The translations under genes and the position numbers were made by a program. The notes beneath the pieces are model-generated. The model ran no database searches and was not told the DNA's origin. It worked only from the letters and a program-made list of their open reading frames with translations. Positions 1-12,311 of a DNA stretch of 60,275 nucleotides are shown here, piece after piece (position 1 is the first letter of the stretch; each line of letters starts with the position of its first letter). The DNA is from Gracilinanus agilis (Eukaryota). The stretch lies in the NCBI RefSeq assembly GCF_016433145.1, contig NC_058131.1, positions 686,962,992 to 687,023,266 of the forward strand, written 5' to 3'.

Positions 1-1717
1 TCAGTAAGACTCATGTTCTTTTTCTTGCAATGGGGATAGCCTGCACTGAACTTTCCTTGAGTATACCCCCTAGTGACCAGTGTTACACATTATGACATCC
101 ATTCTGTTTCAGCCTTGGGGAAGACATTTAATTACCCATGTCTGTCAAATTTCAGAAATCCTCCATGCTGTAAGTTTGAATTACCACAGTAAAACAGGTC
201 TTTCTTCTTCTATATGGGAAGGTGGTGACATAGGTGATAATCTGAATTTTTTTTTTCTGTTGGCACACCAGTTTTTGCTTTAAAGATTTCAAATTCTATC
301 CCATTAATATCTCACATCTTCTGTTAAATGTTGACTTATGACCTAGTATTTGACTTGTCTGACTTTAATGCATTTCAAATCCACATTGTAATCCAACATG
401 ACAATCAGACAGAGCTATTTGTACAATTTTAAAAGGACATGTCATGCTGAAGTAAAATTTAAACCTGTGTATATTTTCACTTTTCATGTGATGTTCAAGG
501 GGAAAAGGAAAGAGGCCAACTTAGACCAAGTAAAAATTGACCTGAGCCTTTAGCACAAATAACATCCTGTTTCTCATAAAATCAAATGTGCTCCTCTTGA
601 ATATGCTACCTTTTTATGTTCTTGTGCCTGGCACTTATATCTTCCACATGGATTCAATGAAAGATGTGCAGAGTTGTCAAAAGAGAGAAGCTCCAAGAAG
701 TTAAATGTTGATCAAAGCTGGGGTTGGGGGTTGTCACTATGTTGAAAAGACCACTAAGAAAATCCTCATCTTGAATCCATTGTGTAAACAATTAGAAAGA
801 TAAGTAACTGAGGATGGAGAGTAACAGGTGGAAGATCAAATTCATGACCTGTTGTGTGACCCAATATAACTTACCCAATCTCTGATTATTTTGCCTACCA
901 CTTAAAAGTGGAGGAAATGCTATTTTGATCTAGATGGATATATTTAAAATAATTTAGAAATTTGATTATATTAGGAATCTGTTAGATAATTATAGGCCAT
1001 AAAAGACCATAAAGAAGGAACTTAGTTTATATGTATGGGCAAGATGATATCCATTTTAAGAAATTCTTTAAATATCTGAGTATTCAAATCTCTTGGCTCA
1101 GAATCTTTCCCATAGGAAACACAACCTCTTTCTCAATAATTTAAGAATGTCTACATGTTGTGCCATGTCAACAAGCTAATAATAATTTATTGATATGCCA
1201 GTCTCAGGGCTAAACATCGAGTATACAAAGAAAGGCAAAAACATTGTCTCTTCCCTCAGGGACTTGCCATTTTAATGGAGTTCACATTCTGGGTGAGAGA
1301 ATTTGAAAAGTTTCTATTGGGCTGTAGAGAACTTTGGGGCAGTGGTCTAGAAATCAAATATTTAAAACCAGATTTTTCTTCCCATTCAGTAAAGCAGTCA
1401 ATCTCTCTTTCCTCTAACATGACCTTTCAGGGCAGTACTATTCCTGGATAGGTAGCATTCGTCTATTGGATGTCAGAGACATGCAGTTAAGACTTTGCTA
1501 TGAGATCAATTACAGACAAGCATTCTGCCAGGAGTAATAAAATCTATCTATTGTGAGAACAAGGAACAGCAGTCAAGAGTCTGCTTTTGTTCTATCAAAT
1601 TTAACAACCACTATTAGGAGAGAAGAATGGGCAGAAGGCTGGTTTAGTGGAAAATGATTCCTTATAAGAGACAAGAATGGGTGACCAAGTCAGCTGCAAC
1701 ATGCTCATCACTTGGAA

Positions 1718-1719
<2 letters not shown>

Positions 1720-1766
<47 letters not shown>

Positions 1767-1772
1767 CATACA
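1720..1772. repeat. (CA)n microsatellite
   Basis: Read directly. Confidence 0.98.
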
Positions 1773-2214
1773 CACTTCTCAAAATACATACCCCTTTACA
1801 TTCACTCACACATAAAAATAAAAACAACAACTAATGTATAGTTATACATAAACACAGGATTTGTTATACACATTCATTATGCTGCAAGTCAAAGGGTTTC
1901 TTACTGAATATTTAGAAAGGAAAACAGTAATCACTAAAAGCCAAAATGGATTCAGCAAAAACTGATTAATGGAAACTAATTTTTTTGTTGTTGTTGTTTC
2001 TTTTGATAGAGTTCCTGGGCTTAGACAAATGTCATGGACAGGATATACTTAGAATTCAGCAAATAATTTAATGAAGTCTCATATAGTTTGCTTGTGGGAA
2101 AGAGAGATATAGACTACATAAGAGGAGAATTTAGTTAGGTAGATGAAGAACTGATTGAATGACTGGACTCAAAGGAGGGATTTCAGCCAAAGGGAGGGTT
2201 CTAGGAGAACTAGA

Positions 2215-2350
2215 GATCTTTTACAGATGAAGAACTGAGGCAAATAGGATTAAATATCTAGCCTAGGATCATATGACTAGTAAGTGCATAAGGTCAGATT
2301 TGAACTCAGCTCTTCCTAACTCCAAGCCCAGAGCTCTATCTATTGTGGTA
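2215..2350 (-). mobile_element. MIR/MAR1 CORE-SINE (representative of dozens of similar old copies not listed one by one)
   Basis: TTACAGATGAAGAACTGAGGC...GATTTGAACTCAG core. Confidence 0.75.
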
Positions 2351-2989
2351 TGCAGTGTTCCTATGGTAACGGAGGGACAATTTTCACTTTGGGGTATAGA
2401 AAAATGTGGATAAGTAAGAGAAGACTTGTTGGTGGAAGGATGATTTGAGTTGGCTTTGGATGATTTGAGCTTTGATAGAAAATACTAATAGGTAGAGACA
2501 TGGCCCTAAGGAAGGTGATTTGGCTTTGGGGAGTAGTTAATAGTCTATTGTGACTGGAGAATTGAGTATAAGTGAATTAATAGGAGATAAACCCATATGG
2601 ATAAGCTAGAACCACCCCATGACAGGCCTGGAATAATAGCTTAAGAATTTGTATTTAATTCCATAGGTGATGGAGAGGTATCATAAGCAGAGAATTATGG
2701 AAAGAAAATTAAACTTAGAGACAAGAAGTTCTGGGTTCAAATCTCCTCACTGCTATTTCCTAATTAAGTAACTCTAGATAAGTCAGTCTGCATTCATTAA
2801 ATAACTACTATGCCCCAGGCACTGTGCTAAGATGGAAGAGATATAAACTCTGCCCTTAAGGAGCTCAAAATATAATGTGGGATACAACAACAACAATAAA
2901 CATACACACACCCAAACCACATGCAGGATGAACAGTAAAAAATTAAGAGGAAACACATCTTATAGTTTAGATTAAAAACAAAAACAAAC

Positions 2990-3180
2990 AAAAAAAACCT
3001 TCCCTTCCATCTTAGAATCAATACTGTGCATTGGTTCTAAGTCAGAAGAGTGGTAAGAGGTAGGCAATGGGGTTAAGTGACTTGCCCAGGGTTACACAGC
3101 TAGGAAGTGTCAGGCTAGATTTGAACCCAGGACCTCCCATCTCTGGGCTTGGCTCTCAATCCACTGAGCAACCCTGCTCC
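2990..3180 (-). mobile_element. SINE-1 (opossum CORE-SINE)
   Basis: Diagnostic tail CTTAGAATCAATACTGTG and core GTTAAGTGACTTGCCCAGGG. Confidence 0.9.
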
Positions 3181-3957
3181 TCTCTTAGTTTAGTTTTAAT
3201 TAAAGGAAGACAGAAAAATCCTGAGATAAAGATGGGGAGGGAGATCATTCGAGGCCTGAGGCACAATGAATGGAAATGTTCAGACTCAGGAGTTGGAGAA
3301 TACTCATGAAACAGCTAGCAGACCACTGTCACTGGATGAAAGAATGCAAAGAGCACATGATGGGAAATAAGGTCAAAGAAGAATAGAAAGGAAGGAGGGG
3401 ACAAAATAATGAAGGGCTTTGAATTCCAAAGGGTGGATTTTGTATTTGATCCTGGGTGTGAAAGGGAGCTACTAGAATTTATTCAGTTGGAGAGGGGGTG
3501 ACAGAGAAGGAGCTGAACTCCAGGAAAAATCACTTTAGTGGCTGAAATTACATTTATTACAGTTTCATTTTCTTCATCCATAAAACCAGGATATTAATGC
3601 TTGTAGTATTAATCTCATTGGCTTGTTATGGGATCAGAGAAGATAATGTAGATCATGAAACTTTGTTAATTCTTTTGTGCAATTTAAATAGAGGTGATTA
3701 TTAGTCATTGCTCCTCTGGTATTCTTTTTTTGGACTAGACTTTTCGTTCATTGCATTGAATATCCTAAAAGTCTTAGTGTAGTTTTAGCTTAAAACATAG
3801 TACAGTTTTAAGCTGAAACTGCACTAAGATCTTTGAGTCACTTCATATATAAGGAAGATCTAATGCTCTGATACTATTGGTTTCAATTGCCTGTGACATT
3901 AAAAAGTGCCATAATTTTTTTCAATATCTCACAGTTCTTAAATTTCTTTTCTGGCTG

Positions 3958-3961
<4 letters not shown>

Positions 3962-3997
<36 letters not shown>

Positions 3998-4017
3998 TGT
4001 GTGTGTGTGTGTGTGTG
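3962..4017. repeat. (TG)n microsatellite
   Basis: Read directly. Confidence 0.98.
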
Positions 4018-5159
4018 TTTAACTTGATCAATTGGTTGGTTAGTTTGATTTTTAAAAAATAGACAAAGGGGGAAATTAAATCTTTTCCATCAGGAGAGAG
4101 TTCATATTTGTATAACAGGAAGAATGCCCTGACAGCTATGGGGATAATGGCTTGGACAGGGCAGTTTAGTATGATTTATTATAATCCAAGAGATATAGTG
4201 TTATAAGATGAGGATCTGGTCACGAGAATAAAAAAGTAGGCATAAATGCTTGAAAGAAAACTGACATATGATTGGGAATACAGGATGATTTCAGGAATTT
4301 GTATCTGGGTAACTGGGAAACTATTGGATACCTCCATAGAAGTAGGGTAGAAAGGAAAAGGAATAGATATTAGCTAAAAGATGTGATGCTAGTTTCTTTG
4401 ACATTTCTGGGAAGAAAAAGTCATCGTCAATGTATTGACCTCTGCAAGAATCATAGCCCCAGAGAGCAAAATAGCCCTGTTAATATTAGTATCTGACAAG
4501 TATTAGGAGCAGCTTCTGGTGAGTCCGAAGTAGAATCTGGACAGATATTGAACTCTTGTAGACCTCTTACTGTCAAGGATGTTAACTGAGCTGCAAAGGG
4601 ACATGGATTCAGGGCCACAAAGCATAGATGGTAGAAGCTTCCAATGGACCTCCTAATCAGCATTTAAGGAAACCTTAATTGGCTTTATTACAACAGGAAA
4701 AGTTAGGCACCATAAACAAAACCAAGAGAGAGCTGAGACATTAAAGGACTCACGCTTCATGGCTTAGTACTGGTAATAAAATGAAATCTCATTTCTGGTC
4801 AATGCACCAGCAATTTTCCCTATCTTTGAGTCAGCTCAAAGCAAAAGCTATCTGAGATTTCAAAAACTTAACTACTTTTTTTTGTGCCATTCTGTTACCT
4901 TTTAAAGGGACAGAAGTCTTACATTAGAAGGCCAAACAAAATGGGGGATCAACTTGGTTTTCATGGCACTGGAAGGCACAACTTGGAACTATCATTGATG
5001 TTTTAAGAGAGGCAAAATTTAGTCTTTAAATAAGAGTAGGAAGAGGAGGAAATTAATAAAAATAAAACTATTCAAAGTGAAGGAACAAAATGAGCCTTTA
5101 ATTATTTAGCCCTACTTTCTGTCTTAGAAATAATATTAAATGGCAGTAGTTATATGTTA

Positions 5160-5295
5160 GAAAAGTGGTAAGGGCCATGCAATTGGGGTCAAGTAACTTG
5201 TCCAGAGTCACACAAATAGGAAATATCTGAAGCCAGATTAGGACTAAGTTCCTCCTGTCTCCAGGCTTTCTATCCCCTGAGCTACCTGGCTGCCT
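5160..5295 (-). mobile_element. MAR1/SINE-1-like CORE-SINE
   Basis: GGGGTCAAGTAACTTGTCCAGAGTCACAC core motif. Confidence 0.75.
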
Positions 5296-5334
5296 TGAAA
5301 TAAGACTTTATCAAGTGACTATGTGGTGTGCAGG

Positions 5335-5560
5335 AGGCAGCTAGGTGGCTCAGAGTATAGAACACTGGGCCTGGATTCAGCAAGATGTGAGTTCAAATTT
5401 GCTATGTGACCCTGGGTAAATGATTTAATCTCTGTTTGCATTAATTCACTGGAGAAGGAAATAGTAAACCACTATAGTATCTTTGCCAAGAAAAACCCTT
5501 GAACGGTATTGGTGTGCTACGGTCCACAAGATAAAGAGTCAGAAACAACTGAATGACTGA
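5335..5560 (+). mobile_element. MAR1-type CORE-SINE with RTE-derived tail
   Basis: The core is followed by CTGGAGAAGGAAATAGTAAACCACTATAGTATCTTTGCCAAGAAAACCC...ACAACTGAATGACTGAAC. Confidence 0.85.
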
Positions 5561-7164
5561 ACAGCATCATTGTAGGCATTACATAGAAAGTGCTTTATAA
5601 AATACTTATCTCATTTGATCCTCACAACTCAGAAACATAGATTCTATTATTATCTTTGATTCCCAGAGTTAGAGTGCTAGTAAGTACGTGAAACTGGATT
5701 TGAATTCAGGCCTTCTTGACCGTAGGCTCAACACTCAATCCACTGTGCTTCAAAATTGTTACTCAGAAGGTAAGGGGTTCTGCTAATTGGGAGTCTTCAA
5801 ATAGAATATGGATAATTAACTAAAGGCAATTCCTATTCTCTTAGGAATTGAACTAGACGGCTTCTTTAGTCACTTCCACATCTAAGGCTTTGTGATTCAG
5901 TGAAATTGGAATCCATAAAAAAAAGAGGCAAGTAGGATGAAGAGTAATCAGTCATGCCTCAATTTAACAACCTTTCCCAAAAATATTTGACCAGACTTGT
6001 TGCTAATAAGAGAACATGCTAAGACTGCCCTTCCCTGTCTTCATTCAACTTGGCTAGTGATAGGTCAGAAAACTAGAGATAGAAAGGACTTCCCACAGTC
6101 TAATCTTCAAAATTTATAAATGAGGAAATTGAGGGTCTCAGAAGTAAAGTGACTTGGCAAAGATCATGTAAATCAGTAGGCCAGAAAGGATCTTCTGATT
6201 CTAGAGCTCATCTCATGTACTTTCCATGTACTCACATGATGATTGACACTCAAGAATCATAAAATAGCATTATGAAGGATGGATGGGGGAAAATTAGAGT
6301 TTAGGTACTCTATGGAGTATATTTTTAAAAGGGCAATAAATTTTAGTGCTCTTAAGCAAGATGAGAGCAGATAGAGAAATAGGAGCATGAGATCAGAAGA
6401 GTAGAGATGGAAGTGGTCTTAAATATCAACTACCATACACCCCCACTGTAGAAGTGAGGAAACTGAGTCTCAGCTAAATGAAAAACAATGTTCTGACCTC
6501 TGGTCCTCTGACTCTTATCAAGTACTTCTTTTTCACCATGCTGGAAGCCTGTTCAACTACAAGATGAAGACTGTGCAAGTGAAGATATTCAATGTCTACC
6601 CGAATTGCCACTAAAGCTAGGCCTGAGAAGCCTGGGCTACCACAGAATGGCAACTTTCATAGAGAAAAGGCAACAGTTAGAATTGATGCCAGAAATTTCT
6701 GGTTCCATGTACACACCACCAAAATACTGAGTCGAGTCAAATAAACAAGCATTAATTAAGCACCTACTATATTTTAGATACTGTGCTAAGGGCTGGGGAT
6801 ATAAGGAAAGGCAAAAACAATCTCTGCTTTCAAGGAGCTTGTGGTCTAGTGAAAATTTTAAAAAGCAGCCTATCAGTCACTTAGTGAAAAATACCCATAT
6901 ATGGTATACCTTGTTTTATATGCAAATGATCAGTTGACAAAAGATTTAATTCATATTCTCACATTGACATAATTGTGTTTTAGTCATAAAAATTAGAAGC
7001 CAAAAGTTTGAGTCTGATATGATATGCAGGACAGTGGGAATTGAGGGGAGAGAGGCATTGTGGGGGAGAGCGGGGAAGAAAGGGCAAGTAGTGAGTTCAA
7101 TTGCCAAATGTCCAGAAATTAAAAATATGATCAGGACAGTCAATTGACAAAGAAAGACAAATCA

Positions 7165-7352
7165 GGGGCCAGTTAAACAGCACAATGATTAGAGCACCAG
7201 GCCTGGAGTCAGGAAATCCTGGCCTCAAGTCAGGGGCCTCAGACAATTCCTAGCTGGGTGACTCTGGGCGAGTCCCTTAACTGAAATTGTCTAGCCCTGG
7301 CTGATCTTGTCTTAGAATTGATAGTAAGATAGAAAGTAAGGGTTAAAAAAAA
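7165..7352 (+). mobile_element. SINE-1
   Basis: tRNA-like head, core, tail GTAAGGGTTAAAAAAA and a TSD-like AAGACAAAT on both sides. Confidence 0.85.
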
Positions 7353-7578
7353 GACAAATTAAATTAACAACAGTATTTGTATAGTGTCTACTATGTGTAA
7401 ACTACTTCACTAGACTTTGAGGATTTGAAGATATAATGATACAATTCCTGTTAGCAAACAGTATCTTGAAGGGATACAACAGATACTGGGCAAAATATAA
7501 GGTGTTAAGGTTAAAGATGCACTAAAATTTGGGGGATATGCTTTATAATACAAGGTGGTTGGGGAAGACAGACTAGAG

Positions 7579-7802
7579 CAGGGGTCGGCAACCTTTTTTC
7601 GCCGTGAGAGCCATAAATGCCATATTTTTTATAATGTAATTTCGTGAGAGTTGTACAGTGCTCCCAGTGCCGCTCCTGTAACAGTGTGCGTTCCTATAAC
7701 AGCACCTGAAAAAAAATGACTTTATGGCTCCTGCAGAAAGAGCCATATCTGGCCCTCAAAAGAGCCAGATATGACTCGAGAGCCATACTTTGCCAACCCC
7801 TG
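7579..7802. mobile_element. hAT-Charlie non-autonomous MITE (OposCharlie-like)
   Basis: TIRs CAGGGGTCGGCAA...TTGCCAACCCCTG. The 8-bp TSD GACTAGAG/GTCTAGAG fits the Charlie NTCTAGAN target consensus. Confidence 0.92.
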
Positions 7803-7899
7803 GTCTAGAGCAAAGGTTTCTAGGCAAATATGAAGAAAGCAAGACTGTTTTAATGAAGAAGAAGAATCCGGGAGGATTTGCAAGTTGCGCTGGTGAGTT

Positions 7900-8170
7900 G
7901 ATTAAGAAACTTGGTTTCTTTCCAAAAGTAACAGGAATTTGTTAACTTAACCAAGGCTTGGGATTCCAAGAAAGGAAGTTGTACATCCTGACTTCCCAAA
8001 GGCTTTGATAGTGCCCTTCATAAAAGCCATTAAAGCCACTCAGTAACCACAGGGTGAGAGGCTACCCTGTCACATGCATAGAGCTTTGATTAAGAGACAG
8101 GAAGCAAAGAGATAAATAGATGACCCCTTCTCAGCACTGAGAGAGGTTAATAGCCAGATGTTGCTGAGAT
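7900..8170 (+). mobile_element. L3/CR1 reverse-transcriptase remnant
   Basis: Degenerate LDFxKAFD (GACTTCCCAAAGGCTTTGAT) and WLxDRKQR (TAAGAGACAGGAAGCAAAGAG) motifs. Confidence 0.7.
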
Positions 8171-11100
8171 CAGAATTAGTAGGTACATTCCCTGAGTGAC
8201 CAGAGTTGGCCCCATTCATGGTACAAAATTAATTGAGCTCTGTGGCTCAGTCCAGAAAGAATGGAACCAATCTGTGAAGTTCCTAACAAAATGAGATAAT
8301 TGGGAAGCACAATCAAATGTGAAATACCAAGCCAGCAAGGTGATATGTATGGGACAGAACAATTTTCTTTCCCTCTACACAGGGGTGGGCTGTGATTGAA
8401 GGGCATCTCTCCTGGAAAGGCCTATGTAGTCACGCCAGGCACCTCAGTGATGAACTTTGCTCAGTACACACCAAGAATGAGGACCTAAATGAGGCACTGG
8501 AAGGCCTTAGCAAAAAGCATGGAAAGACATTGTCTCATAGAAATATTTCTATTTCACTCTGTGCTCATCAGTGTGTCCCAGAAATGAAACAGATGATTAA
8601 CTCAAATAGTCCTCTACACAAGTAGAGGTGGCATAAAAAAAAAAATGACAACACGAATATCACAAAGGGGAGTATCCCTTCCTCTAACAAATTCCCCAAG
8701 TTTTTTCTCCCCGAATTCTGAAAGATCTTAAAAAGGAGTGTCATTCTTATAGACAGTACAATGATCTTTGTAAAAAACGATGTCTAGGTAACACAGTGGA
8801 GAGAGCATTGATTGAGGTTTTTAAGACTTGAATTTGAATACTCAGACATTTACTAGTTGCAAGACTTTGGGTTAATCCCTTAACATATTTCAGCCTTGGT
8901 TTACTCATCTTTAAAGTTGGGATAACAAAGGCACTTATCTAATAAGATTATTGTGAGGATCAGATGAAGTGAAATAAAAGCACTTTGAAAATATTAAAAC
9001 CATAATATGAAGAGTAACTATTATTAATAAAATGCAAAGAACTTTGGGAAGGTATCATTTTTAATAATACTAGCTTTGTTTTGAAAGACTTTAGGATTTG
9101 TGAAGCACTTCTCTCTTCACAATTTTGTTAAATTTGCATTATTACAACTTTTTTCAAATGAAGAAAGAGAGGATCTGCAAGGACAAGTCTTCATTGTTCT
9201 AGACCCTTGTCTACAATACTCTTTCCATTTGTGTAAACATAAGAGCTAAGTAATTAGAAATGTGGGAAGAAGATGGAGGAAGGGGTGGGGAAATGTGTAG
9301 GAGTGGGAGGAAAAAGGAGAAGGGATAGAAGAAAAGAGAAAGAGAAGGAAGAAAAGAGGAAAGAAACATGTCACCTGATCTGGTTTCCAACTCTAGCTAA
9401 TGTGCTAACTACCTATGTGACCAAGAGCAAGTCATTTCTCTCTGGGCTTCAGTTTATTTAGGTTTCATTTGAGAATCTCAGAGTCAAAAGCTCACTTAAG
9501 AAGTTGGAAGCTTTTTAAGCAATTTGCATAAATTTCAACTTGTTACCAGATCAGTCTACATATACTAGTATCCTTTACAAAGGAAAAAAAAAGAGGAAAA
9601 CAAATGTAAACGAAAACAGAAGTTTCTGATGGACCAAGACAAATTTAATAATTTCACCATAATGATGAGCATCACCATAATGATGATCTTTAGGTCCCTT
9701 CCGAGTTATCTAACTGTGATATTGTAGTACTACTATATTCGTGTAAATAAATCATATATCCTTTCCCAGGGATTGGTTTTGACAAGGAGAACATATGAGA
9801 GCATTGGGAACTTGCCGCCACAGAAAGGTGTCTTCAATGAAAAGGGGAAAAAAAGGATCACACAACTAAGAGCCTGGGTATGTCAAAGGACATTCTTTCA
9901 ACTTCCTTATTCTGACATGGTCCAACACTGATGTTGAACCTCTAATATGGAGAATCTAAATAACCGCAATATCCAAGCACTTGATCATATTCTTAATTTT
10001 TCTCCACTGAAAGCTATTTTTCCAAGCTATTCAATCTTTAATATATACAAGGCAATATAAGAAATCCTGGAGTTAGAAAAATAAGGTAAAGCAAAACCAC
10101 AGAAAACAGAACTCCTTCCATTTGAAGAATTCATGATCTCCTAGGGGTTGGTGAAACTTATTCTTTCCAAAATTATCCATGATATCTTAATGATAAATAC
10201 GTTGGTCTTTGTGGACTCCACATTCTACTTGATCTCTGCAGGTTTGTACACTGGTGGAAACCTCCCTCCCATTGGACATATTCTTCTTCCTTGGTTTCTA
10301 AGCTACTGTTCTTTTTTTTGGTTCTTCTCCCATCTGTCTGACTATCCCTTCTCTATCTCCTTTGCTTGACCATCAATCCTTCTCCCTTTAAGTGTCTGTA
10401 GACATATTTCCAAATTATTCTCTCCCATTATTGTTGGACTTTATTAAATTTAATTACATATTTTAATCACTTCCTTTGCAAAAGACACCTCAGTGATTTT
10501 TCTTTTTCTTTCTTTTTTTTTAATTGGTCACCCTTGGCTTGTAAGTATTACTTTATCTGGTCCTCAAACACAATGTACATTTTTCAAGAAACATTCTGGT
10601 TTTCCTAATGTACTGAAGAGTTAACCACCCCCTCTAAAGCAAAGGAGTGATTATCTTTTAATCCATGCAAAAAAGAAATGTTCAACTTTTCAGAGCCAAT
10701 GGCAACACTTCTGATATTAGTGTTTAAACCTTTTCATCCCAAAGGAGTATCATAAATAACCTTGCCAGCAAGGCAAAGGGTCAAATTAATTTTCAATGAT
10801 TTGTCAAAATTCAGACTTGTCACAAGGACATGACAAATACATATATATGAACAAAGACACAACTTGATTTGGATTATTAGATGTGAAAAATTAAGAGCAA
10901 TTAAAAAGGACAATAATATTTTGTTTGCTTGAAAATAAAACAAATCAAAATGATTCGTAGGCAAATAGTAGAGTAGGGGAATGAGCCAAACCAGAGATAA
11001 GAGAAAAAAACTAAAAAAGAATGGTGACCAAAGAAATAAACAATAAAAAGTATGTGCATATAACTGTTTCCCATATAATTTTTTGAGCTAAATAATTATA

Positions 11101-11859
11101 AATATTTCCATTTTTAAAAATGAGGATACTGACACTTGAAGAAATGAAAGGTTTGCCAGTAGTTACACTTAATAAATAGGAAACTGAGAACTCAAAAGCA
11201 AGCTCTAGTTCTCATTCCTCAGTACTGGGGTTGCCTGGGCACAATATCAACTTAAAGAGATAGAGTGGATTGGATGTCACCATTGAGAAGATTTCCATTC
11301 ATGTTAGAAGCCAGTTTGCCATTTTTGTTTGTTTTGTACTGAATTTTTTTTAAGCTAGAAGAGAGTGATTTGTCTAAACTCCCTTTCTTATCTTATAAGG
11401 AGTTTCTGGAAGCTACTCCTGCAAATTCCCTGCAGTGAGAAAGGGATGGCTAAACACCAAATAATCATTGATTCATATTAATTAATTCTCCATTATATGT
11501 CAGGTAGATGCTGTTGAAGAGTTTGTCATCTGAAAAATTGCTTCGAGAAGCCTGCTTTCTTTCCAAAGTTTTCCTTATTGCTTCTTCTTAAAATGTCAGA
11601 GTCAAAAGCTCACTCAAAAACCTCAAAGCCTTTAAAGCGATTGTAGTAAATGTCAAAATCTATCCAGGGCAGCCCATATTTATGCCCACATCTTCCTTGC
11701 AGGGAAAACAAACAAATAAACAAGAAAACAAAAAGCTAAAGCAAAGGTTTGGGGAGGAACAAGTCATCTCCAACTATACCATGTTGTGATTTTCTGGATG
11801 ATTAAGTGATACTCTAGGCCAGAAAAATTTCCCATTTGACATGTTTGTTATTTTTCAAT

Positions 11860-12085
11860 TGTTTCCATTGTGTTTGTGTCTGATGCTTTGTGACTATTCA
11901 GGGTTTTCTTGGCGAAGATACTATAGTGCTTTGCCATTTCCATCTCCAGATAATTTTAGAGATGAGGAAAATGAGGCAAACAGGATTAAGTGAATTTCTC
12001 AGGCACAGCGAGTAAGTGTTTGGAGCTAAATTTGAACCCAGGCCTTCCTGACTTCAGATTTAGTGCTCTATTTACTGCACCAAAT
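11860..12085 (-). mobile_element. MAR1-type SINE with RTE tail
   Basis: GGGTTTTCTTGGCGAAGATAC...TTTGCCATTTCC plus core. Confidence 0.8.
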
Positions 12086-12311
12086 AGATGTTTATTTTGC
12101 ATCCAGTCCTCTAATCTCATCTTTGTAAGTTATTTGATGTAGAAATCCCATCCTCCCAATGCAAATCAACTTCTCACTACACTGAAAAAACTTTAGTAAT
12201 TTCTCTAGGGAACTGAGAAATGAAATTATTTCCCTAGAGTCACAGAATTCACAAATGTCAGAGGCAGGATTAGAACCCAGGTCTTCCTGACTCCAAATAA
12301 GTCTTCTATAC

